From: Candidatus Bathyarchaeia archaeon
Lineage (GTDB): Archaea > Thermoproteota > Bathyarchaeia > Bathyarchaeales > DTEX01
Direction: 5' to 3'
Assembly (NCBI GenBank): GCA_038867895.1
Contig: JAWBXL010000001.1
Location: 19,334-83,333 of the forward strand
Length of the DNA stretch: 64,000 bases
Position 1 is the first letter of the stretch. Each line of letters opens with the position of its first letter. The notes beneath the pieces were generated by a model. That model worked only from the letters and a program-made list of their open reading frames with translations, ran no database searches and was not told the DNA's origin. The position numbers and the translations under genes were made by a program. Shown here in pieces: positions 26,742 to 35,117 of the stretch.

Positions 26742-27188
26742 TCAGCTTCTACTCTTCAATTTTTTGATGGCTTCAACTGCTCTATTAGCCACTTCTAGAA
26801 CAACCCTCTCCTCCTTAGTGCCAAGTCTCGCTCTATTCTTTATTCTATCGATCTTTAGGCCCATTTCTTTAATCGTGTGGGAGACAATAATTGTCTCCGC
26901 TGGCTTGTACCCTTGCCCCTCCAAGATCTTACTCATACACTTACGATCACACCCCTCAATGGCGATAACTCTGTTAGGGTTTTCCCTAACCATCTTGACA
27001 TCCTCCTCAACACCAGTTACAAACGCTGGTAGGCAGAGGAGCAGAGTCTCGTTTGGCATAATCTTGTCCACAACAACGTAAGCCGCTTGCCGAGATACTG
27101 TGCCAACAGTCTGCCCGACACCAGAGCATGGAGCTATTACAAACTTACCTAAGAACTTATGTTTTTCCATACTACTCTCCCTTAACAT
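26742..27188 (-). CDS. DGC-domain (putative zinc-binding) protein
   Basis: 148-aa ORF with IAPCSGVGQTVG, LLCLPAFVTG and AIEGCDRKC. Confidence 0.6.
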   Translation of the reverse strand: MLRESSMEKHKFLGKFVIAPCSGVGQTVGTVSRQAAYVVVDKIMPNETLLLCLPAFVTGVEEDVKMVRENPNRVIAIEGCDRKCMSKILEGQGYKPAETIIVSHTIKEMGLKIDRIKNRARLGTKEERVVLEVANRAVEAIKKLKSRS

Positions 27189-27194
27189 GTTCTG

Positions 27195-28195
27195 TTAGAC
27201 CTCATTTGTGCGCAATCTTCTGATATATGCTCTTACAGCGTCTATGAGCGTCACCAAGAAGAGCATGATAAAGAGGATTAGTATTGCTGTCTGGACGTAG
27301 GCTGCCATGACTCTTGTGGGTAATAGTTCATGGAGGATTTTTATGGTGGCTCCGTGGATTGATGCTGAGGCGAAGACTAGCACTAGCCAGAAGGTCACTA
27401 GCCCATAGATTGGTCGTCGCTTCCTGAGAACATATGCTGTCGCGGCCGTTAGACCTATTGATGCCATAAGCTGGTTGCATATGCCAAATATTGGCCATAT
27501 TGTGCTTATGGTTCCAGTTTGAAGCAGATAACTCCATAAGAAAGCCGCGGTGCCTGTGAGGGCGAGCGTGCTCACCCACCACTCACGTGGCTTTGCCGTA
27601 GTTACTCCTAAGGCATCCTGAACAAAATATCTAGCCATTCTAGTCCCATAATCCATTATTGGCATTATGAAGATGGCTGTCCAAGCTACCATGAAGAGGT
27701 AGAGCTGCCTTAAATTCTCTTCCTCCAAAGAGGGCTGCTAATGTTTCAGCGGCGCTTACGCTAAAGGATACTACCCCACCAGTCCTTCCCACAAGGTTAA
27801 AGCCTAGAGCATTTGAAAGCCTTTGGAGTTCAAGAGGCTGCATATTTAGGCTGGCGTAAACAGATGGGCTAGTGTTTATTGCGAAATAATCCTGCGGGTA
27901 TAAAAGACATGCTAGGGTTAGAGCGACCACGGCTATCATACTTTCGAGAAGCCACCCTCCATAAGCCACAACCCTTACATCAGATTCCTTATCTATACAT
28001 TTTGGGGCTACTCCTGAGCAGCAAAGACTATGCCAACCAGATATTGCACCACAAGTTATAATTATGAATAGAAAGGGCCATAAAGCGCCTGAAACTACAG
28101 GGCCGCCTACAAACGCATAATCCATTATTACGATACTTTCTAGAGCTGCTATAAAACAAATTAAGCCCGAGGGCTGTCTTAGTGGAATCATACGT
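27195..28195 (-). pseudogene. cstA: Carbon starvation protein CstA remnant (5'-truncated, frameshifted)
   Basis: Two overlapping frames (27640-28281 and 27195-27728) carry consecutive CstA motifs: LFIIITCGAISGWHSLCCSGVAPK, AYGGWLLESMIAVVALT, then IMPIMDYGTRMARYFVQ and WPIFGICNQLMASIGL. The frame switches near 27720-27745. The roughly 200-300 N-terminal residues expected for CstA are absent. Confidence 0.75.
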
Positions 28196-28922
28196 GTGGG
28201 TGCATCAAAGATTGCTGGAGAGCATGTTCTCCCATGCATTATTAGCAACTTTAAGAGGAATAATCCTTCAGTAGATTTCAACCTTGAAATTCTAGATCTC
28301 TCTCAGATTATGGAAAAGATCAGTAATGGGGAGATAGATATTGCCTCTTACACTAAACCATGCGGTGTAGAAATGCTGGAAGGGGAAATCGGAATAGCAA
28401 GGGATGAACTAGTGGTCATAACGCCACCTGGCCATAATCTTACAAAAAGAGAAGATATAACATTAGAGCAGATACTAAGATATCCATTAATACTTTATGA
28501 CACAGGTTGTGAAGTTAGCAATCTACTAAACGAATTTTTCAGGCTAAATGGGATAAGAGTTGAGAGTTTAAAGGTTAAAATGCTTATGCCAGACGTTTCA
28601 AGCTCAATAATCGCCGTCTTAGAGGGTTTAGGCTTAAGCTTCTGCCCTGAGCTTCTAGCCAAGAAGGCAAAACGGGCCGGGGTTAGTGGACATAATTCAT
28701 GTCCTAGATGCCGAGAATGCAATTTACTTAATTTGCATATCAAGATGTGAAAGAGCGCAAAGCGACGCGCTTAACGAATTCTGGAAGTACCTAACAACAA
28801 TCTTAAAGAAATTTAGAGGAAACCTTCCATGTATGCTTAGAATATTATATCTATTAGGTATAGTAAAAGTTCAGAATATTAGTCTTTCACCAGTAATCAA
28901 GAGGCGGGAATGGCATCTCTAA
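28196..28922 (+). pseudogene. LysR-type regulator remnant (HTH domain missing, frameshifted C-terminus)
   Basis: ORF 28196-28750 begins at the linker/substrate-binding domain (GASKIAGEHVLPCIISNFKRNNPSVDFNLEI) with no HTH upstream. The C-terminal LysR-like segment (AIYLICISRCERAQSDALNEFWKYL) continues in another frame from about 28686. Confidence 0.6.
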
Positions 28923-29674
28923 GAGGATTCAAAGCAAAGTCTTTCAAGACCGAATTCGTATGTTGCTGATGCGATTGTGACTCCATAAAAAATTACTCTT
29001 TTCTTTTTCTCATGGCATAACCTCAAAATTTCATCTATAGTGCCATTAACTATTGTTGAACCTGTCGCTACAACTATATCGCTCCATTTGATGGCTTCTT
29101 TGTTCCCTTCATAGGATTCTATTAACACACCTCTCTTTACTTGCCCAATGTTAGCAGAATCCATATCCGTGACTCGAAAGTTCTTAAATGTTCTTGAGAG
29201 GTTATAGGCTATTGCTGGCTGAAAGCCTATCATCAGTAGTTTACATTTAGACGACAGGTTTGAAGCCAAGTGTTCAGCGATTTTCCTACCGCATAAATCT
29301 GGTCCCTCGTCCCTACAGTGAACAGTATTTGTTACTAACCCAAGATGTCTGTAGATAGCGTTTGCAACAGCAATGAAAATAGCCCTGTTTCTACTTGTGG
29401 TTAGCTCTAACTGCTGAACGTCTTTTAGGTTTCCCTCATAATAAAATGGTTCATCTGTATAAGCTTGTCCAAGCGCCCCTCTAAACTCGGCCTGAATCAT
29501 CACCTCACGCCCCTTACAAAGAGGAAAGTCTGCTTGAGATGGCCTGCCAATAGCCTCTTCAGAATTAAGCCCCCGCACCTTAACGGTCACTTCAGAATTT
29601 TCAAGACCATTTGTTAAGACTTTCTCCCACCATCTTCTTTTCAACTCTTCAATTAGCGTCATGAACCCTCCCAC
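28919..29674 (-). CDS. DUF364/DUF4213-type Rossmann-like (putative metal-chelation) protein
   Basis: 251-aa ORF with C-terminal VVATGSTIVNGTIDEIL...VIFYGVT. Confidence 0.6.
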   Translation of the reverse strand: MGGFMTLIEELKRRWWEKVLTNGLENSEVTVKVRGLNSEEAIGRPSQADFPLCKGREVMIQAEFRGALGQAYTDEPFYYEGNLKDVQQLELTTSRNRAIFIAVANAIYRHLGLVTNTVHCRDEGPDLCGRKIAEHLASNLSSKCKLLMIGFQPAIAYNLSRTFKNFRVTDMDSANIGQVKRGVLIESYEGNKEAIKWSDIVVATGSTIVNGTIDEILRLCHEKKKRVIFYGVTIASATYEFGLERLCFESS

Positions 29675-29732
29675 TTCAAGTAAACCTTTAACATATCTTA
29701 ATCTAAAAGACGTAAAATTTATATATGTAACG

Positions 29733-29756
29733 CGATATTACAAATTTGTAATATCG
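29733..29756. promoter_or_regulatory. Perfect 24-nt palindrome (candidate operator) between TATA-like element and SD of the ABC importer operon
   Basis: CGATATTACAAA|TTTGTAATATCG is an exact reverse complement. An AT-rich TATA-like AAATTTATATATG lies at about 29715-27, an SD-like AAGGTGA at 29762-68, and the ATG at 29775. Confidence 0.6.
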
Positions 29757-29774
29757 ATATTAAGGTGACTCAGA

Positions 29775-30803
29775 ATGAGCTGGAAAATTTTTGTTGTCTT
29801 AAGCATGGTTGTCATAGTTGGTTTAGCGCTAACAGCCGCGTATCTAGCTACCTCTAATATACAGTCTCAGAAAAAGAACATCAGGTTAGCTGTCGAGTTT
29901 GTGGATCATGCTGCGTGCGCGTTTGTGGCTAGGCGTAAAGGTCTTTTTGAGGCGAATGGATTGAATATTACTGCTTTTGAGTGCTATATAACTGGCCCAG
30001 CCCTTTCCGCCGCCATAGCTAGGGAAGACATTGATGCTGCTTACATGTGCTTAGTTCCGGCAATATGCGCGTATGCCAACGCTAGGGTGCCAATAAAAAT
30101 AGTTGTAGGAATACACAAGTATGGTTACGCATTAGTTGTCGACCCAAACAGGGTGAATACTGTTAAAGATTTAGAGAAACCCGATATTCGTATTGCATGT
30201 ACGCAAAAGGGGACCTCAAATGAGGTACTTTTGCGTAAGATGATAGAAAAATATGGGCTGAACGAAGAAATCATTTTAGGTAAAATCCGATACATGAACC
30301 CTCCTTTAGCGCTCCTTTCTCTCAGAATGGGGCAAATCGACGCCGCTTTTCTTCCTGAACAATATCCAACCATGGCTGAAGAATTGGGCTTTAGAGTGTT
30401 ATTATCAGCCCAGGATATCTGGACTAACATGCAGGGAAGCGTCTTAGTAGTTAAGGAAAGCCTGTTAGAAAGCCAACCCGATATTGTGGATAAGCTCGTG
30501 AAAGCGACGTTGCAGGGAACCAAGTACATTCATGAAAGTCCGGAAGATGCTGCACAAATTGTTGCTAGCGAATTGCAGGTTGCTGGAAAGCAAGTTTTCC
30601 CGTCAGAAGTTGTTGAGGTTGCTGCGAAATTGGAGATAACGCCCAAGATTATATTGAAATCTTTAGCTACAAGAGTTATCTGCTCAAATGAGATTGATGT
30701 TGATTCTATTCAAGATGTAATTGATTACATGGCGAAATTAGGGTACATTAAATGGTTTAGAGCTGAAGATATGCTTGACTTAAGGTTCACCGGAGGTAAA
30801 TAA
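29775..30803 (+). CDS. ABC transporter substrate-binding protein (NMT1/SsuA/TauA-like), N-terminally membrane-anchored
   Basis: 342-aa ORF with an N-terminal TM helix followed by an NMT1-like periplasmic-binding fold (my recognition; moderate). Confidence 0.75.
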   Translation: MSWKIFVVLSMVVIVGLALTAAYLATSNIQSQKKNIRLAVEFVDHAACAFVARRKGLFEANGLNITAFECYITGPALSAAIAREDIDAAYMCLVPAICAYANARVPIKIVVGIHKYGYALVVDPNRVNTVKDLEKPDIRIACTQKGTSNEVLLRKMIEKYGLNEEIILGKIRYMNPPLALLSLRMGQIDAAFLPEQYPTMAEELGFRVLLSAQDIWTNMQGSVLVVKESLLESQPDIVDKLVKATLQGTKYIHESPEDAAQIVASELQVAGKQVFPSEVVEVAAKLEITPKIILKSLATRVICSNEIDVDSIQDVIDYMAKLGYIKWFRAEDMLDLRFTGGK

Positions 30804-30805
30804 CA

Positions 30806-31558
30806 ATGAAAATCTTTAAACTGCTACGTGGCATGCTACCTATAGTTATTCTTATTATCATCTGGGAAATAATATCCAGGCTAAATTTGACACTAGGCTA
30901 TTTTTTCCTCCCCCCATTCACGGTTGTGATGCAAGAGCTTTTCTATTTAACGTTCAGTGGGGTGCTCTTAAATAATCTTCTCCGTAGTCTAATTCGGGTT
31001 CTGGTAGGGTTCTTGCTAGGCTCTGTTTTCGGCATAGCTACCGGGATTGCAATGGGCTGCAGTAGAGTTATGGATGAGTTTTTAAATCCTATTATCAGTA
31101 TTCTGTACCCTATCCCGGCTGTCGGATGGTTGCCACTATTAATGTTGTGGGTTGGAATAGGAGAGATATTGCCCATAATGATCATATTTATATGCTCTTT
31201 CTTTCCAACAGCCTATACCACGGCTACGGCCATCAAGAACGTAGATAAAAGGTTAATTAGAGCCGCGGAAACATTAGGTGCCTCACCAGTGACAGTTCTT
31301 TCCACAGTGATCTTACCATTAGCTTTACCCTATATAATTACTGGTTTAAGGTTGGAAGCGGGGATGGCTTGGAGGGTGATAATCGCTGCGGAGATGGTGG
31401 CAATACCTACAGGTATAGGGGCATTATTTATGCAGGCTGAAAGCCTGGTCAGAATAGATATAATCATGGTATGCCTAATAGTTTTATCTATAATGTGCTT
31501 TCTTTTTGAAAGGTTCTTCCAGTATTTAGAGTCAAAAGTTTGTAGATGGGAGAAGTAG
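30806..31558 (+). CDS. ABC transporter permease (SsuC/TauC-like)
   Basis: 250-aa ORF with EAA region RAAETLGASPVTVLSTVILPLALPYIITGLRLEAGMAWRVIIAAEM. Confidence 0.85.
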   Translation: MKIFKLLRGMLPIVILIIIWEIISRLNLTLGYFFLPPFTVVMQELFYLTFSGVLLNNLLRSLIRVLVGFLLGSVFGIATGIAMGCSRVMDEFLNPIISILYPIPAVGWLPLLMLWVGIGEILPIMIIFICSFFPTAYTTATAIKNVDKRLIRAAETLGASPVTVLSTVILPLALPYIITGLRLEAGMAWRVIIAAEMVAIPTGIGALFMQAESLVRIDIIMVCLIVLSIMCFLFERFFQYLESKVCRWEK

Positions 31559-31572
31559 GTGAGTGATACGCT

Positions 31573-32673
31573 GTGACAAGAGTTGAGCTAAAGCATATCA
31601 GCACCAAACATATTCTCCGTGATGTAAATTTGACAATCCCCGATGGGCAACTTCTCGCCCTCTTGGGTCCAACGGGTGCTGGAAAGACAACGCTGCTTAA
31701 CGTTATTGCAGGCGTAATTGATTATGAGGGAAGTGTTCTGTTCGACGGTGAAAGCATCGATGATAAACCCGCTGGCAAGAGGAATGTTGGTTACGTCTTT
31801 CAGGATTTAGCCTTATTCCCACACCTTACTGTCTACAAAAACATTGCCTACGGTTTGAAAGTTAGAAGGAATTCTCTGGGTGAAATAGAGAAGAGAGTGA
31901 ATGAACTTCTCAGGCTTATGAAGATTGAGCATTTAAAAAACCGTTATCCAAGGAATCTCAGCGGCGGGGAAAGACAGAGAGTTGCTTTGGCTAGAGCGTT
32001 AGCATTTTCTCCACACATCTTGCTTCTAGATGAACCCCTCAACAATCTAGATCGTTATACTAGGCAATATATTAGGGCTGAAATTCGCCAAATACAGAAG
32101 GGGTTCGGGATTACAACGATTTTTGTGACGCATGATGTGGAAGAGGCCAAAGAGTTGGGTGATGCCGTCGCAATTCTTGTGGATGGTAGGCTTCGCCAAG
32201 TCGGAACCTTTGATGAAGTTTTTTCAAATCCTGCTGATGAGGAGATAGCTAATCTGCTTGGCTCTCAAAACGTTTTAGAATGCTCTAGTTACAAACACTT
32301 ATGGGGAGAATTATATGAAGTTGATTGCAAAGGAATGAAAATAGTCGTTACATGCGAAGGAAGCGTCATTAAGAAAATCTCCATACCTGCCAGAGAAATC
32401 TACATTTATGCGGATAAACCGATGGGACCGCGTTTAAACACATATAAGGGCACGGTTCTTGAAATAACTCCCCTCTCATCCTCAATAACGAGGGTAAAGA
32501 TAAAGGTTGGAGAAAACATACTTCTGGCGGAATTACCCAAAGATATTTTTAGTAGCTTAGACTTGAAAGTTGGAAAAGAAGTTTTCCTAAAATTAAGATT
32601 GAAGTCAATAATAGCGTTTGGAGCAGACCCTACTCCCGAAAAAGTAAGAGAAAAAATAAAAGAGAGGTTTTAG
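31573..32673 (+). CDS. ABC transporter ATP-binding protein with C-terminal TOBE/Mop domain
   Basis: 366-aa ORF with Walker A GPTGAGKTT, LSGGERQRVALARAL and LLLLDEP. The C-terminal roughly 120 aa form a TOBE-like beta domain (YKGTVLEITPLSSSITRVKIKVGENILLAELP). Confidence 0.9.
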   Translation: MTRVELKHISTKHILRDVNLTIPDGQLLALLGPTGAGKTTLLNVIAGVIDYEGSVLFDGESIDDKPAGKRNVGYVFQDLALFPHLTVYKNIAYGLKVRRNSLGEIEKRVNELLRLMKIEHLKNRYPRNLSGGERQRVALARALAFSPHILLLDEPLNNLDRYTRQYIRAEIRQIQKGFGITTIFVTHDVEEAKELGDAVAILVDGRLRQVGTFDEVFSNPADEEIANLLGSQNVLECSSYKHLWGELYEVDCKGMKIVVTCEGSVIKKISIPAREIYIYADKPMGPRLNTYKGTVLEITPLSSSITRVKIKVGENILLAELPKDIFSSLDLKVGKEVFLKLRLKSIIAFGADPTPEKVREKIKERF

Positions 32674-32687
32674 GCAAAGTTTTGTTT

Positions 32688-33107
32688 TTATACTAGAGTT
32701 TTGAGGGATGTTAATGCTAGAACAGCATCCAACAGCTTTTGGAATAAGCCCGCACGCGTCACTCTACCTATAATCTTACCTTTTTCAATGACATATACTC
32801 GTCTGATATCCTTTTCAACCATAATCCTCCATGCTTCTCCAAAGGATGCGTCCGGGTCAATTGTTATTAGAGGACATGACATTATATCCTTCAGTGGTAC
32901 TTTATTTACATCATAGCCTTTTGCTATAACCCTCCTTAATATATCACGTTCCGTGACAATCCCAGTCGGTAGATCGTTTATAGTTACTATAACTGACCAA
33001 ACGTTGTTCTCCAGCATTTTCTTTATGGCTTCTATGGCAGGGAGCTCGCCATCAAGAGTTACGACGCCACCTTCCATAACATCTCGGACTCTCAGTGTAA
33101 GCGGCAT
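32688..33107 (-). CDS. CBS-pair domain protein
   Basis: 139-aa ORF with two CBS repeats. Confidence 0.85.
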   Translation of the reverse strand: MPLTLRVRDVMEGGVVTLDGELPAIEAIKKMLENNVWSVIVTINDLPTGIVTERDILRRVIAKGYDVNKVPLKDIMSCPLITIDPDASFGEAWRIMVEKDIRRVYVIEKGKIIGRVTRAGLFQKLLDAVLALTSLKTLV

Positions 33108-33274
33108 AAAGGCACCCCATTGCTCTTAAACTATTTATTCATACTAGTAGTTTATAAGAGTATCAATATTTTTCCAGAAGCAATAAACTTGGTGGGCTAC
33201 ATACTTTAAGGTTTACTGGATGAGACAGGTTTATGCTTAAATATGTGCAATAAAGTTATTTTTTAGGGATAATA

Positions 33275-34183
33275 TTGCTTTCAGGGCCCATGAAGAGGCG
33301 ACAGAGAACCTCCGTGGCTATTCCAGCATCAATAGTCTTGGATGTTCCTCACCTTAGGGAGAAAACGTTTAAGATTGGTTTTATAGGTCGTGCCTTAGCA
33401 GTATTTCGCGTTGACGAAGTCATAATTTATCCGGATATTCTTGGCGTAGATCAGACTCGCGATCTGAAGTTTGTATCCACGATTCTCTCCTATATGGAGA
33501 CGCCGCAGTATCTAAGAAAGAGATTATTTGGTATGATGCCCGAGCTCCGATATGTTGGTGTTCTCCCGCCACTTAGAACTCCCCATCACCCGACTAGGAG
33601 CAGAAAGATAGATCTGAGGATTGGCGAGTTTAGGGATGGCGTTGTGGTTAGGAAGGGTAAACGTGGCGTATTTGTGGATATAGGGGTTGAGGAACCAGTA
33701 TTTATTCCGGGTTTACGTTTTCAAAAAGGTACACGTATAACTGTCAAAATTATTAGTGATGGAGATGACCAAAAAGTTGTGCTTGCGGATCCAGATGATG
33801 TTTCAGTATATTGGGGGTATAAGGTGAAGATTTCAAAAACTCCCCTTGGCCAAACAATTAAAAGTGGTTCATTTGATCTGGTTATCGCAACATCTAAATA
33901 TGGGGAGCCATTTATGAAAGTTAAAGATAAACTTTTGGAGAGATGGCATAAATCAAGAAGTGTGCTTATTGCTTTTGGGTCGCCAACTCAGGGTTTACAT
34001 GAAATAATTAGGCAGGAGGGGCTTGAGCTGGGCGAGATCTCAGACTTTATAATTAATGTTATTCCGAGGCAGGCTACGGAGACTGTTAGGACGGAGGAGG
34101 CTATTTATGCGACTTTAGCCATACTTAATCTTCTAACAGAGCCTTTATGTGCCAATGATTATGCTACTGGCAATTCTTTTTAG
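33275..34183 (+). CDS. SPOUT-superfamily putative RNA methyltransferase (DUF171 / C9orf114-like)
   Basis: 302-aa ORF with TSVAIPASIVLDVPHLREKTFKIGFIGRALAVFRVDEVIIY and an internal OB-like insert. Confidence 0.7.
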   Translation: MLSGPMKRRQRTSVAIPASIVLDVPHLREKTFKIGFIGRALAVFRVDEVIIYPDILGVDQTRDLKFVSTILSYMETPQYLRKRLFGMMPELRYVGVLPPLRTPHHPTRSRKIDLRIGEFRDGVVVRKGKRGVFVDIGVEEPVFIPGLRFQKGTRITVKIISDGDDQKVVLADPDDVSVYWGYKVKISKTPLGQTIKSGSFDLVIATSKYGEPFMKVKDKLLERWHKSRSVLIAFGSPTQGLHEIIRQEGLELGEISDFIINVIPRQATETVRTEEAIYATLAILNLLTEPLCANDYATGNSF

Positions 34184-34981
34184 GGTTGCTATGGCTGAGA
34201 GGGCTGCAATATAGCTTGTTTTAGGGTTATTTGGGAAAGGCTTGTTCACGGTCCTCGTATATATTTCTCCAAATTCGCCCTTAGCATAAATTTCATGGAC
34301 GATATCCTTTATATTTGGATCGGCTATAATTTTAACTCTTGTTTTATCGGGGCCTATGCCAGCTAGGCTTAATGTTGCGGCAACATTGATGTTCTGTGGG
34401 AATATTTTAACAGCCTCTCGAGCCGACCCCTCATATAGGACAATCGGCTCTTTTATAGAAGATAGATCATTTTTTATTTTCTTAATTAGCTTGGCATCTC
34501 TAAAACTAGCTGGTGGCTTTCTTGTTATAAGCGTGATTTCTTCGATGCGTCCTAAGGCTGCTGATTTAATATTATCTATACCCACAATTGCTCCGGATGG
34601 AACGTAGAGTCTTCTGCCAGTTTTTTCAGTAACCTTAATTATCTCAGAAAAGAGCGTCTCATCTAATAATGCGCCTGTACTCATAACCAATAGATCCTTG
34701 TTGCTATTCAGTATTTTTATGGCGCAATCCTTAACAAATTCTTGTGAAGCAGCCTCAATAATTAGCTGCACATCGCTTCTTTCCAAAATTTCGTTTAGGG
34801 ATCTTGCGATGAGGGGTTTATGACTTAGTTTAAAGACAAGATTTTCTGTCCGCTCAGGAATAATATCATATGCAATTACTAGACTTAGGTTGTTAATCTC
34901 TCCTCTATCTATAGCTTCGGCTATAACTGTACCTATTGCACCGCAACCAATTAGCCCGACACCAACCTTCGTTTGAATCAC
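34145..34981 (-). CDS. nadX: L-aspartate dehydrogenase
   Basis: 278-aa ORF with Rossmann VGLIGCGAIG and a NadX-like C-terminus. Its 3' end overlaps the SPOUT gene by 39 nt. Confidence 0.85.
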   Translation of the reverse strand: MIQTKVGVGLIGCGAIGTVIAEAIDRGEINNLSLVIAYDIIPERTENLVFKLSHKPLIARSLNEILERSDVQLIIEAASQEFVKDCAIKILNSNKDLLVMSTGALLDETLFSEIIKVTEKTGRRLYVPSGAIVGIDNIKSAALGRIEEITLITRKPPASFRDAKLIKKIKNDLSSIKEPIVLYEGSAREAVKIFPQNINVAATLSLAGIGPDKTRVKIIADPNIKDIVHEIYAKGEFGEIYTRTVNKPFPNNPKTSYIAALSAIATLKRIASSIIIGT

Positions 34982-35117
34982 CTTAACGTTTAGATTCCTT
35001 AAATTGATAATGAAATAGGGCTTAAATAAGGCTTTCTTTAAATATAGTTGCGAGTAATTCTTATTATATTGATCTCTATTATATTACTTTTCAATATATT
35101 AGGTGAGGTGAAATAAG

